This document shows positions 1 through 10,355 of a stretch of DNA of 64,000 nucleotides, in pieces (within the stretch, counting starts at the first letter, position 1; each line of letters starts with the position of its first letter). The stretch is taken from the NCBI RefSeq assembly GCF_988242995.1, contig NZ_OZ547043.1; one strand, 5' to 3'. The notes under the pieces are model-generated. The model saw only the letters and a list, made by a program, of their open reading frames with translations, made no database searches and had not been told where the DNA came from. A program made the translations under genes and the position numbers.

Positions 1-297
1 GATAACGCCATCGATTTTACCCCCGAGAGCGGTCGTATAACGCTAAGCGCCGAAGTGGATCAGGAACACGTCACGCTTAAGGTGCTGGATACCGGTAGTG
101 GTATTCCTGACTACGCGCTGTCACGTATTTTTGAACGCTTTTACTCTTTGCCGCGTGCAAATGGGCAAAAAAGCAGCGGTCTGGGGTTGGCGTTCGTCAG
201 TGAGGTCGCCCGTTTGTTTAACGGCGAAGTCACGCTGCGCAACGTGCAGGAAGGTGGCGTGCTGGCCTCGCTTCGACTTCACCGTCACTTCACATAG
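1..297 (+). CDS. creC: Sensor histidine kinase CreC, C-terminal fragment (5' end lies outside the window)
   Basis: Frame-1 translation from position 1 is open to the stop at 295-297 and contains an HATPase-type motif (LKVLDTGSGIPDYALSRIFERFYSLP...GLGLAFV); sits just upstream of creD as in E. coli. Confidence 0.85.
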   Translation, partial: DNAIDFTPESGRITLSAEVDQEHVTLKVLDTGSGIPDYALSRIFERFYSLPRANGQKSSGLGLAFVSEVARLFNGEVTLRNVQEGGVLASLRLHRHFT

Positions 298-354
298 CTT
301 CAAATTCTTCCCACATAGCCTTCGTATCCTGCTGCCATTGCAAAGGAGAAGACT

Positions 355-1707
355 ATGTTGAAATCCCCCCTGTTCTGGAAAATGACCACCCTGTTTGGTG
401 CCGTATTGCTGTTGTTGATTCCGATAATGCTGATTCGGCAGGTGATTGTCGAACGTGCCGATTACCGTAGCGATGTGGAAGATGCGATTCGCCAAAGTAC
501 CAGCGGGCCGCAAAAACTCGTTGGGCCGCTTATCGCTATTCCTGTGACCGAGCTTTATACGGTACAGGAAGAGGATAAAACCGTGGAGCGGAAACGAAGT
601 TTTATCCATTTTTGGTTACCTGAGTCATTGATGGTTGATGGCAATCAGAACGTGGAAGAACGCAAGATAGGGATTTATACCGGTCAGGTCTGGCACAGTG
701 ATTTAACGCTAAAAGCCGATTTCGATGTTTCGCGTCTTAGCGAACTCGACGCGCCAAATATCACCTTTGGCAAGCCATTTATTGTGATTAGCGTCGGGGA
801 TGCGCGTGGTATTGGTGTGGTGAAAGCGCCTGAAGTTAACGGAACGGCGCTGACCATTGAACCCGGCACCGGGTTAGAGCAAGGCGGGCAGGGCGTGCAT
901 ATCCCTTTACCCGAAGGGGACTGGCGGAAGCAGAACCTGAAGCTGAATATGGCACTGAATTTAAGCGGTACCGGCGATCTTTCTGTGGTGCCTGCGGGGC
1001 GTAATAGCGAAATGACCTTAACCAGCAACTGGCCGCATCCCAGTTTTTTAGGTGATTTTCTACCAGCCAAACGGGAAGTTAGTGAGTCAGGTTTTCAGGC
1101 GCAATGGCAAAGCAGCTGGTTTGCTAATAATCTCGGTGAGCGTTTTGCTTCAGGCAATGATACCGGCTGGGAAAACTTCCCCGCGTTTAGCGTTGCAGTG
1201 ACGACGCCAGCCGATCAATACCAATTAACTGACCGGGCGACTAAGTATGCCATTCTGCTGATTGCGCTGACTTTTATGGCGTTCTTTGTTTTTGAAACGC
1301 TCACCGCGCAACGCTTACACCCAATGCAATATTTGCTGGTGGGGCTTTCATTAGTGATGTTTTATTTGCTCTTGCTGGCGCTTTCTGAACATACCGGTTT
1401 TACCGTGGCATGGATAATCGCCAGTCTGATTGGGGCGTTAATGAACGGTATTTATTTGCAGGCGGTATTGAAAGGTTGGCGCAACAGCATGTTGTTTACC
1501 CTCGCGCTGTTGCTGCTGGATGGTGTGATGTGGGGACTGCTCAACTCTGCCGATAGCGCGCTGTTGTTGGGAACCAGTGTGCTGGTGGTGGCGCTGGCCG
1601 GCATGATGTTTGTGACCCGTAATATCGACTGGTATGCGTTTTCACTGCCGAAAATGAAAGCCAGTAAAGAAGTTACAACGGACGATGAATTACGTATCTG
1701 GAAATAA
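355..1707 (+). CDS. creD: Inner membrane protein CreD
   Basis: 450-aa ORF with multiple hydrophobic segments; position between creC and arcA matches the E. coli cre operon. Confidence 0.9.
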   Translation: MLKSPLFWKMTTLFGAVLLLLIPIMLIRQVIVERADYRSDVEDAIRQSTSGPQKLVGPLIAIPVTELYTVQEEDKTVERKRSFIHFWLPESLMVDGNQNVEERKIGIYTGQVWHSDLTLKADFDVSRLSELDAPNITFGKPFIVISVGDARGIGVVKAPEVNGTALTIEPGTGLEQGGQGVHIPLPEGDWRKQNLKLNMALNLSGTGDLSVVPAGRNSEMTLTSNWPHPSFLGDFLPAKREVSESGFQAQWQSSWFANNLGERFASGNDTGWENFPAFSVAVTTPADQYQLTDRATKYAILLIALTFMAFFVFETLTAQRLHPMQYLLVGLSLVMFYLLLLALSEHTGFTVAWIIASLIGALMNGIYLQAVLKGWRNSMLFTLALLLLDGVMWGLLNSADSALLLGTSVLVVALAGMMFVTRNIDWYAFSLPKMKASKEVTTDDELRIWK

Positions 1708-1719
1708 GGTTGAAAAATA

Positions 1720-1750
1720 AAAACGGCGCTAAAAAGCGCCGTTTTTTTGA
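1720..1750. terminator. Bidirectional rho-independent terminator between convergent creD and arcA
   Basis: GC hairpin ACGGCGCT-AAAAA-AGCGCCGT flanked by an A-run upstream and a T-run downstream (aaaaataaaaacggcgctaaaaagcgccgtttttttga). Confidence 0.6.
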
Positions 1751-1765
1751 CGGTGGTAAAGCCGA

Positions 1766-2482
1766 TTAATCTTCCAGATCACCGCAGAAGCGATAACCTT
1801 CACCGTGAATGGTGGCGATGATTTCCGGCGTATCCGGCGTAGATTCGAAATGTTTACGAATACGGCGGATCGTCACGTCTACAGTACGGTCGTGTGGTTT
1901 CAGCTCACGGCCGGTCATTTTCTTCAGCAGTTCAGCACGAGACTGAATTTTGCCTGGGTTTTCACAGAAGTGAAGCATGGCGCGGAACTCACTGCGCGGC
2001 AGCTTGTACTGCTCGCCATCAGGGCCGATCAAAGAACGGCTGTTGATGTCCAGTTCCCAACCATTGAACTTGTAGCTTTCAACGCTACGACGTTCTTCGC
2101 TGACAGTACCCAGATTCATGGTACGGGACAGCAGGTTGCGTGCACGAATCGTCAGTTCACGCGGGTTGAACGGTTTGGTGATGTAGTCATCTGCACCGAT
2201 TTCGAGGCCGAGAATTTTATCGACTTCGTTGTCACGGCCAGTCAGGAACATCAACGCAACATTCGCCTGCTCGCGCAGTTCACGCGCTAACAGAAGACCG
2301 TTCTTACCCGGCAGATTGATATCCATGATCACCAGGTTGATGTCATATTCAGAGAGGATCTGATGCATTTCCGCGCCATCTGTCGCTTCGAAAACATCAT
2401 AGCCTTCCGCTTCGAAAATACTTTTCAACGTGTTGCGTGTTACCAACTCGTCTTCAACGATAAGAATGTGCGGGGTCTGCAT
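1766..2482 (-). CDS. arcA: Two-component response regulator ArcA (OmpR family)
   Basis: 238-aa ORF starting [30 protein letters not shown]... with a receiver domain and winged-helix C-terminus; recognised as ArcA. Confidence 0.95.
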
Positions 2483-2577
2483 GTTTGCTACCTAAATTGC
2501 CAACTAAATCGAAACAGGAAGTACAAAAGTCCCTGACCTGCCTGATGCATGCTGCAAATTAACATGATCGGCGTAAC

Positions 2578-2718
2578 ATGACTAAAGTACGTAATTGCGT
2601 TCTTGATGCACTTTCCATCAACGTCAACAACATCATTAGCTTGGTCGTGGGTACTTTCCCTCAGGACCCGACAGTGTCAAAAACGGCTGTCATCCTAACC
2701 ATTTTAACAGCAACATAA
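2578..2718 (+). CDS. yjjY: Small uncharacterised ORF (46 aa) at the position of K-12 yjjY
   Basis: ATG at 2578 with an in-frame stop after 46 codons; position relative to arcA and lasT matches annotated yjjY. No independent coding evidence. Confidence 0.3.
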   Translation: MTKVRNCVLDALSINVNNIISLVVGTFPQDPTVSKTAVILTILTAT

Positions 2719-3117
2719 CAGGCTAAGAGGGGCCGGACACCCAATAAAACTACGCTTCGTTGACATATATCAAGTTCAATTGTAGCACGTTAACAGTTTG
2801 ATGAAATCATCGTATCTAAATGCTAGCTTTCGTCACATTATTTTAATAATCCAACTAGTTGCATCATACAACTAATAAACGTGGTGAATCCAATTGTCGA
2901 GATTTATTTTTTATAAAATTATCCTAAGTAAACAGAAGGATATGTAGCATTTTTTAACAATTCAACCGTTAGTACAGTCAGGAAATAGTTTAGCCTTTTT
3001 TAAGCTAAGTAAAGGGCTTTTTCTGCGACTTACGTTAAGAATTTGTAAATTCGCACCGCGTAATAAGTTGACAGTGATCACCCTGTTCGCGGTCATTTGG
3101 TCAAGAAGAGTGGCAAT

Positions 3118-3804
3118 ATGCGTATAACGATTATTCTGGTCGCACCCGCCAGAGCAGAAAATATTGGGGCAGCGGCGCGGGCAATGAAAACGATGGGGTT
3201 TAGCGAACTGCGGATTGTCGATAGTCAGGCACATCTGGAGCCAGCCACTCGCTGGGTCGCACATGGATCTGGTGATATTATTGATAATATTAAAGTTTTC
3301 CCGACGCTGGCTGAATCGTTACACGATGTCGATTTCACTGTCGCCACCACTGCGCGCAGTCGGGCGAAATATCATTACTACGCCACGCCAGTAGAACTGG
3401 TGCCGCTGTTAGAGGAAAAATCTTCATGGATGAGCCATGCCGCGCTGGTGTTTGGTCGCGAAGATTCCGGGCTGACTAACGAAGAGTTAGCGTTGGCTGA
3501 CGTTCTTACTGGTGTGCCGATGGTGGCGGATTATCCTTCGCTCAATCTGGGGCAGGCGGTGATGGTCTATTGCTATCAATTAGCAACATTAATACAACAA
3601 CCGACGAAAAGTGACACAACGGCAGACCAACATCAACTGCAAGCTTTACGCGAACGAGCCATGGCATTGCTGACGACTCTGGCAGTGGCAGATGACATAA
3701 AACTGGTCGACTGGTTACAACAACGCCTGGGGCTTTTAGAGCAACGAGACACGGCAATGTTGCACCGTTTGCTGCATGATATTGAAAAAAATATCACCAA
3801 ATAA
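3118..3804 (+). CDS. lasT: SpoU/TrmH-family RNA methyltransferase (YjtD/LasT)
   Basis: ORF-track ORF 3097..3804; start chosen at the internal Met (MRITIILVAPARAENIGAAARAMKTMGF...) to give the 228-aa K-12 length. Confidence 0.8.
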   Translation: MRITIILVAPARAENIGAAARAMKTMGFSELRIVDSQAHLEPATRWVAHGSGDIIDNIKVFPTLAESLHDVDFTVATTARSRAKYHYYATPVELVPLLEEKSSWMSHAALVFGREDSGLTNEELALADVLTGVPMVADYPSLNLGQAVMVYCYQLATLIQQPTKSDTTADQHQLQALRERAMALLTTLAVADDIKLVDWLQQRLGLLEQRDTAMLHRLLHDIEKNITK

Positions 3805-4014
3805 AAAACGCCTTAGTAAGTATTTTTCAGCTTTTCATTCTGACTGCAACGGGCAATATGTCTCTGTGTGGATTAAAAAAAGAGTGTCTGATAGCAGCTT
3901 CTGAACTGGTTACCTGCCGTGAGTAAATTAAAATTTTATTGACTTAGGTCACTAAATACTTTAACCAATATAGGCATAGCGCACAGACAGATAAAAATTA
4001 CAGAGTACACAACA

Positions 4015-4083
<69 letters not shown>

Positions 4084-4105
4084 CGCGTACAGGAAACACA
4101 GAAAA

Positions 4106-4138
4106 AAGCCCGCACCTGACAGTGCGGGCTTTTTTTTC
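4106..4138 (+). terminator. thr attenuator (rho-independent terminator of the leader transcript)
   Basis: AGCCCGCACCTGACAGTGCGGGCT hairpin followed by a run of 8 T, between thrL and thrA. Confidence 0.85.
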
Positions 4139-4163
4139 GACCAAAGGTAACGAGGTAACAACC

Positions 4164-6626
4164 ATGCGAGTGTTGAAGTTCGGCGGTACATCAGTGGCAA
4201 ATGCAGAACGTTTTCTGCGGGTTGCCGATATTCTGGAAAGCAATGCCAGGCAGGGGCAGGTGGCCACCGTCCTCTCTGCCCCCGCCAAAATCACCAACCA
4301 CCTGGTGGCGATGATTGAAAAAACCATTAGCGGCCAGGATGCTTTACCCAATATCAGCGATGCCGAACGTATTTTTGCCGAACTTCTGACGGGACTCGCC
4401 GCCGCCCAGCCGGGATTCCCGCTGGCGCAATTGAAAACTTTCGTCGACCAGGAATTTGCTCAAATAAAACATGTCCTGCATGGCATTAGTTTGTTAGGGC
4501 AGTGCCCGGATAGCATTAACGCTGCGCTGATTTGCCGTGGCGAGAAAATGTCGATCGCCATTATGGCCGGCGTATTAGAAGCGCGCGGTCACAACGTTAC
4601 CGTTATCGATCCGGTCGAAAAACTGCTGGCAGTGGGGCATTACCTCGAATCTACTGTCGATATTGCAGAGTCCACCCGCCGTATTGCGGCAAGTCGTATT
4701 CCGGCTGATCACATGGTGCTGATGGCAGGTTTCACCGCCGGTAATGAAAAAGGCGAACTGGTGGTACTTGGACGCAACGGTTCCGACTACTCCGCGGCGG
4801 TGCTGGCTGCCTGTTTACGCGCCGATTGTTGCGAGATTTGGACGGACGTTGACGGGGTATATACCTGCGACCCGCGTCAGGTGCCCGATGCGAGGTTGTT
4901 GAAATCGATGTCCTACCAGGAAGCGATGGAGCTTTCTTACTTCGGCGCTAAAGTTCTTCACCCCCGCACCATTACCCCCATCGCCCAGTTCCAGATCCCG
5001 TGCCTGATTAAAAATACCGGAAATCCTCAAGCTCCAGGTACGCTAATTGGTGCCAGCCGTGATGAAGACGAATTACCGGTCAAGGGCATTTCCAATCTGA
5101 ATAACATGGCAATGTTCAGCGTTTCCGGCCCGGGGATGAAAGGAATGGTCGGCATGGCGGCGCGCGTCTTTGCTGCAATGTCACGCGCCCGTATTTCCGT
5201 GGTGCTGATTACGCAATCATCTTCCGAATACAGTATCAGTTTCTGCGTTCCGCAAAGCGACTGTGTGCGAGCTGAACGGGCAATGCAGGAAGAGTTCTAC
5301 CTGGAACTGAAAGAAGGCTTACTGGAGCCGCTGGCGGTGACGGAACGGCTGGCCATTATCTCGGTGGTAGGTGATGGTATGCGCACCTTGCGTGGGATCT
5401 CGGCGAAATTCTTTGCCGCGCTGGCCCGCGCCAATATCAACATTGTCGCCATTGCTCAGGGATCTTCTGAACGCTCAATCTCTGTCGTGGTAAATAACGA
5501 TGATGCGACCACTGGCGTGCGCGTTACTCATCAGATGCTGTTCAATACCGATCAGGTTATCGAAGTGTTTGTGATTGGCGTCGGTGGCGTTGGCGGTGCG
5601 CTGCTGGAGCAACTGAAGCGTCAGCAAAGCTGGTTGAAGAATAAACATATCGACTTACGTGTCTGCGGTGTTGCTAACTCGAAGGCTCTGCTCACCAATG
5701 TGCATGGCCTTAATCTGGAAAACTGGCAGGAAGAACTTGCACAAGCCAAAGAGCCGTTTAATCTCGGGCGCTTAATTCGCCTCGTGAAAGAATATCATCT
5801 GCTGAACCCGGTCATTGTTGACTGCACCTCCAGCCAGGCAGTGGCGGATCAATATGCCGACTTCCTGCGCGAAGGTTTCCACGTTGTCACGCCGAATAAA
5901 AAGGCCAACACCTCGTCGATGGATTACTACCATCAGTTGCGTTATGCGGCGGAAAAATCGCGACGTAAATTCCTCTATGACACCAACGTTGGGGCTGGAT
6001 TACCGGTTATTGAGAACCTGCAAAATCTGCTCAATGCAGGTGATGAATTGATGAAGTTCTCCGGCATTCTTTCAGGTTCGCTTTCTTATATCTTCGGCAA
6101 GTTAGACGAAGGCATGAGTTTCTCCGAGGCGACTACGCTGGCGCGGGAAATGGGTTATACCGAACCGGACCCGCGAGATGATCTTTCTGGTATGGATGTG
6201 GCGCGTAAACTATTGATCCTCGCTCGTGAAACGGGACGTGAACTGGAGTTGGCGGATATTGAAATTGAACCAGTGCTGCCCGCAGAGTTTAACGCCGAGG
6301 GTGATGTTGCCGCTTTTATGGCGAATCTGTCACAGCTCGACGATCTCTTTGCCGCGCGCGTGGCGAAGGCCCGTGATGAAGGAAAAGTTTTGCGCTATGT
6401 TGGCAATATTGATGAAGATGGTGTCTGCCGCGTGAAGATTGCCGAAGTGGATGGTAATGATCCGCTGTTCAAAGTGAAAAATGGCGAAAACGCCCTGGCC
6501 TTTTATAGCCACTATTATCAGCCGCTGCCGTTGGTACTGCGCGGATATGGTGCGGGCAATGACGTTACCGCTGCCGGTGTCTTTGCCGATCTGCTACGTA
6601 CCCTCTCATGGAAGTTAGGAGTCTGA
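4164..6626 (+). CDS. thrA: Bifunctional aspartokinase I / homoserine dehydrogenase I
   Basis: ORF-track ORF 4122..6626; canonical start [33 protein letters not shown] at 4164 gives 820 aa. Confidence 0.95.
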
Positions 6627-6627
6627 C

Positions 6628-7560
6628 ATGGTTAAAGTTTATGCCCCGGCTTCCAGTGCCAATATGAGCGTCGGGTTTGATGTGCTCGGGGCGGCGGTGA
6701 CACCCGTTGATGGTGCATTGCTCGGAGATGTAGTCACGGTTGAGGCGGCAGAGACATTCAGTCTCAACAACCTCGGACGCTTTGCCGATAAGCTGCCGTC
6801 AGAACCACGGGAAAATATCGTTTATCAGTGCTGGGAGCGTTTTTGCCATGAGCTGGGCAAGCAAATTCCAGTGGCGATGACTCTGGAAAAGAATATGCCG
6901 ATCGGTTCGGGCTTAGGCTCCAGCGCCTGTTCGGTGGTCGCGGCGCTGATGGCGATGAATGAACACTGTGGCAAGCCGCTTAATGACTCTCGTTTGCTGG
7001 CTTTGATGGGCGAGCTGGAAGGACGAATCTCCGGCAGCATTCATTACGACAACGTGGCACCGTGTTTTCTTGGTGGTATGCAGTTGATGATCGAAGAAAA
7101 CGACATCATCAGCCAGCAAGTGCCAGGGTTTGATGAGTGGCTGTGGGTGCTGGCGTATCCGGGGATTAAAGTCTCGACGGCAGAAGCCCGGGCTATTTTA
7201 CCGGCGCAGTATCGCCGTCAGGATTGCATTGCGCACGGGCGACATCTGGCAGGCTTCATTCACGCCTGCTATTCCCGTCAGCCTGAGCTTGCCGCGAAGC
7301 TGATGAAAGATGTTATCGCAGAACCCTACCGTGAACGGTTACTGCCTGGCTTCCGGCAGGCGCGGCAGGCGGTCGCGGAAATCGGCGCGGTAGCGAGCGG
7401 TATCTCCGGCTCCGGCCCGACCTTGTTCGCTCTGTGTGACAAGCCGGATACCGCCCAGCGCGTTGCCGACTGGTTGGGTAAGAACTACCTGCAAAATCAG
7501 GAAGGTTTTGTTCATATTTGCCGGCTGGATACGGCGGGCGCACGAGTACTGGAAAACTAA
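6628..7560 (+). CDS. thrB: Homoserine kinase
   Basis: 310-aa [27 protein letters not shown]..., GHMP-kinase motif, directly after thrA. Confidence 0.95.
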   Translation: MVKVYAPASSANMSVGFDVLGAAVTPVDGALLGDVVTVEAAETFSLNNLGRFADKLPSEPRENIVYQCWERFCHELGKQIPVAMTLEKNMPIGSGLGSSACSVVAALMAMNEHCGKPLNDSRLLALMGELEGRISGSIHYDNVAPCFLGGMQLMIEENDIISQQVPGFDEWLWVLAYPGIKVSTAEARAILPAQYRRQDCIAHGRHLAGFIHACYSRQPELAAKLMKDVIAEPYRERLLPGFRQARQAVAEIGAVASGISGSGPTLFALCDKPDTAQRVADWLGKNYLQNQEGFVHICRLDTAGARVLEN

Positions 7561-8847
7561 ATGAAACTCTACAATCTGAAAGATCACAATGAGCAGGTCA
7601 GCTTTGCGCAAGCCGTAACCCAGGGGTTGGGCAAAAATCAGGGGCTGTTTTTTCCGCACGACCTGCCGGAATTCAGCCTGACTGAAATTGATGAGATGCT
7701 GAAGCTGGATTTTGTCACCCGCAGTGCGAAGATCCTCTCGGCGTTTATTGGTGATGAAATCCCGCAGGAAATCCTGGAAGAACGCGTGCGCGCGGCGTTT
7801 GCCTTCCCGGCTCCGGTCGCCAATGTTGAAAGCGATGTCGGTTGTCTGGAATTGTTCCACGGGCCAACGCTGGCATTTAAAGATTTCGGCGGTCGCTTTA
7901 TGGCACAAATGCTGACCCATATTGCGGGCGATAAGCCAGTGACCATTCTGACCGCGACCTCCGGTGATACCGGAGCGGCAGTGGCTCATGCTTTCTACGG
8001 TTTACCGAATGTGAAAGTGGTTATCCTCTATCCACGAGGCAAAATCAGTCCACTGCAAGAAAAACTGTTCTGTACATTGGGCGGCAATATCGAAACTGTT
8101 GCCATCGACGGCGATTTCGATGCCTGTCAGGCGCTGGTGAAGCAGGCGTTTGATGATGAAGAGCTGAAAGTGGCGCTGGGGTTAAACTCAGCTAACTCGA
8201 TTAACATCAGCCGTTTGCTGGCGCAGATTTGCTACTACTTTGAAGCAGTTGCGCAGCTGCCGCAGGAAGCGCGCAACCAGCTGGTTGTCTCGGTGCCAAG
8301 CGGAAACTTCGGCGATTTGACGGCGGGTCTGCTGGCGAAGTCACTCGGTCTGCCGGTGAAACGTTTTATTGCTGCGACCAACGTGAACGATACCGTGCCA
8401 CGTTTCCTGCATGACGGTCAGTGGTCACCCAAAGCGACTCAGGCGACGTTATCCAACGCGATGGACGTGAGTCAGCCGAACAACTGGCCGCGTGTGGAAG
8501 AGTTGTTCCGCCGCAAAATCTGGCAACTGAAAGAGCTGGGTTATGCAGCCGTGGATGATGAAACCACGCAACAGACAATGCGTGAGTTAAAAGAACTGGG
8601 CTACACTTCGGAGCCGCACGCTGCCGTAGCGTATCGTGCGCTGCGTGACCAGTTGAATCCAGGCGAATATGGCTTGTTCCTCGGCACCGCGCATCCGGCG
8701 AAATTTAAAGAGAGCGTGGAAGCGATTCTCGGTGAAACGTTGGATCTGCCAAAAGAGCTGGCAGAACGTGCCGATTTACCCTTGCTTTCGCATAATCTGC
8801 CCGCCGATTTTGCTGCGTTGCGTAAATTGATGATGAATCATCAGTAA
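7561..8847 (+). CDS. thrC: Threonine synthase
   Basis: 428-aa ORF MKLYNLKDHNEQVSFAQAVTQGLGKNQGLFFP... abutting the thrB stop. Confidence 0.95.
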   Translation: MKLYNLKDHNEQVSFAQAVTQGLGKNQGLFFPHDLPEFSLTEIDEMLKLDFVTRSAKILSAFIGDEIPQEILEERVRAAFAFPAPVANVESDVGCLELFHGPTLAFKDFGGRFMAQMLTHIAGDKPVTILTATSGDTGAAVAHAFYGLPNVKVVILYPRGKISPLQEKLFCTLGGNIETVAIDGDFDACQALVKQAFDDEELKVALGLNSANSINISRLLAQICYYFEAVAQLPQEARNQLVVSVPSGNFGDLTAGLLAKSLGLPVKRFIAATNVNDTVPRFLHDGQWSPKATQATLSNAMDVSQPNNWPRVEELFRRKIWQLKELGYAAVDDETTQQTMRELKELGYTSEPHAAVAYRALRDQLNPGEYGLFLGTAHPAKFKESVEAILGETLDLPKELAERADLPLLSHNLPADFAALRKLMMNHQ

Positions 8848-8868
8848 CATCTATTCATTATCTCAATC

Positions 8869-8904
8869 AGGCCGGGTTTGCTTTTATGCAGCCCGGCTTT
8901 TTTG
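8869..8904 (+). terminator. Probable rho-independent terminator of the thr operon
   Basis: GCCGGG...CCCGGC stem followed by TTTTTTGT, 20 bp after the thrC stop. Confidence 0.6.
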
Positions 8905-9060
8905 TGAAGAAAATATGGAGAGAAACGACAGGGAAAAAGGAGAAATTCTCAATAAATGCGGTAACTTAGAGATTAGGATTGCGGAGAATAACAACCGCCG
9001 TTCTCATCGCGTAATCTCCGGATATCGACCCATAACGGGCAATGATAAAAGGAGTAACCT

Positions 9061-9357
9061 GTGAAAAAGATGCAATCTATCGTACTCGCACTTTCCCTGG
9101 TTCTGGTCGCTCCCATGGCAACGCAGGCTGCGGAAATTACGTTAGTCCCGTCAGTAAAATTACAGATAGGCGATCGTGATAATCGTGGCTATTACTGGGA
9201 TGGCGGTCACTGGCGCGACCACGGCTGGTGGAAACAACATTATGAATGGCGAGGCAATCGCTGGCACCCACACGGACCGCCGCCACCGCCGCGTCACCAT
9301 AAGAAAGCTCATCATGATCATCACGGCGGTCATGGTCCAGGCAAACATCACCGCTAA
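9061..9357 (+). CDS. yaaX: Small secreted His/Pro-rich protein YaaX (DUF2502)
   Basis: 98-aa ORF with a GTG start, signal-peptide-like N-terminus ([23 protein letters not shown]) and low-complexity tail [30 protein letters not shown]. Confidence 0.7.
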   Translation: MKKMQSIVLALSLVLVAPMATQAAEITLVPSVKLQIGDRDNRGYYWDGGHWRDHGWWKQHYEWRGNRWHPHGPPPPPRHHKKAHHDHHGGHGPGKHHR

Positions 9358-9390
9358 ATGACAAATGCCGGGTAACAATCCGGCATTCAG

Positions 9391-9497
9391 CGCCTGATGC
9401 GACGCTGGCGCGTCTTATCAGGCCTACGTGAATTCTGCAATATATTGAATCTGCATGCTTTTGTAGGCCGGATAAGGCGTTCACGCCGCATCCGGCA
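9391..9497. repeat. BIME: two inverted REP palindromic units
   Basis: CGCCTGATGCGACGCTGGCGCGTCTTATCAGGCCTAC and the inverted GTAGGCCGGATAAGGCGTTCACGCCGCATCCGGCA match the E. coli REP/PU consensus. Confidence 0.7.
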
Positions 9498-9509
9498 TTG
9501 ACTACAAAC

Positions 9510-10286
9510 TTAACGCTGCTCGTAGCGTTTAAACACCAGTTCGCCATTGCTGGAGGAAGCTTCATCAAAGAAGTAACCTTCGCTATTAAAACCAGTCAGT
9601 TGCTCTGGTTTGGTCAGCCGATTTTCAATAATGAAACGACTCATCAGACCGCGTGCTTTCTTAGCGTAGAAGCTGATTATCTTAAATTTGCCGTTCTTCT
9701 CATCGAGGAACACCGGCTTGATAATCTCGGCATTCAATTTCTTCGGCTTCACCGATTTAAAATACTCATCTGACGCCAGATTAATCACCACATTATCGCC
9801 TTGTGCTGCGAGCGCCTCGTTCAGCTTGTTGGTGATGATATCTCCCCAGAATTGATACAGATCTTTCCCTCGGGCATTCTCAAGACGGATCCCCATTTCC
9901 AGACGATAAGGCTGCATTAAATCGAGCGGGCGCAGTACGCCATACAAGCCGGAAAGCATTCGCAAATGCTGTTGGGCAAAATCGAAATCGTCTTCGCTGA
10001 AGGTTTCGGCCTGCAAGCCGGTGTAGACATCACCTTTAAACGCCAGAATCGCCTGGCGGGCATTCTCCGGCGTGAAATCTGGCTGCCAGTCATGAAAGCG
10101 AGCGGCGTTGATACCTGCCAGTTTGTCGCTGATACGCATCAGCGTGCTAATCTGCGGAGGCGTCAGTTTCCGCGCTTCATGGATCAACTGCTGGGAATTG
10201 TCTAACAGCTCCGGCAGTGTATATCGCGTGGTGGTCAACGGGCTTTGGTAATCAAGCGTTTTCGCAGGTGAAATAAGAATCAGCAT
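9510..10286 (-). CDS. yaaA: Peroxide stress protein YaaA (DUF328/UPF0246)
   Basis: 258-aa [32 protein letters not shown]...; conserved position. Confidence 0.9.
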   Translation of the reverse strand: MLILISPAKTLDYQSPLTTTRYTLPELLDNSQQLIHEARKLTPPQISTLMRISDKLAGINAARFHDWQPDFTPENARQAILAFKGDVYTGLQAETFSEDDFDFAQQHLRMLSGLYGVLRPLDLMQPYRLEMGIRLENARGKDLYQFWGDIITNKLNEALAAQGDNVVINLASDEYFKSVKPKKLNAEIIKPVFLDEKNGKFKIISFYAKKARGLMSRFIIENRLTKPEQLTGFNSEGYFFDEASSSNGELVFKRYEQR

Positions 10287-10355
10287 ATCCAGTCCTTGCA
10301 GGAAATTTATGCCGACTTTAGCAAAAAACGAGAATGAGTTGATCGATAGTTGTGA

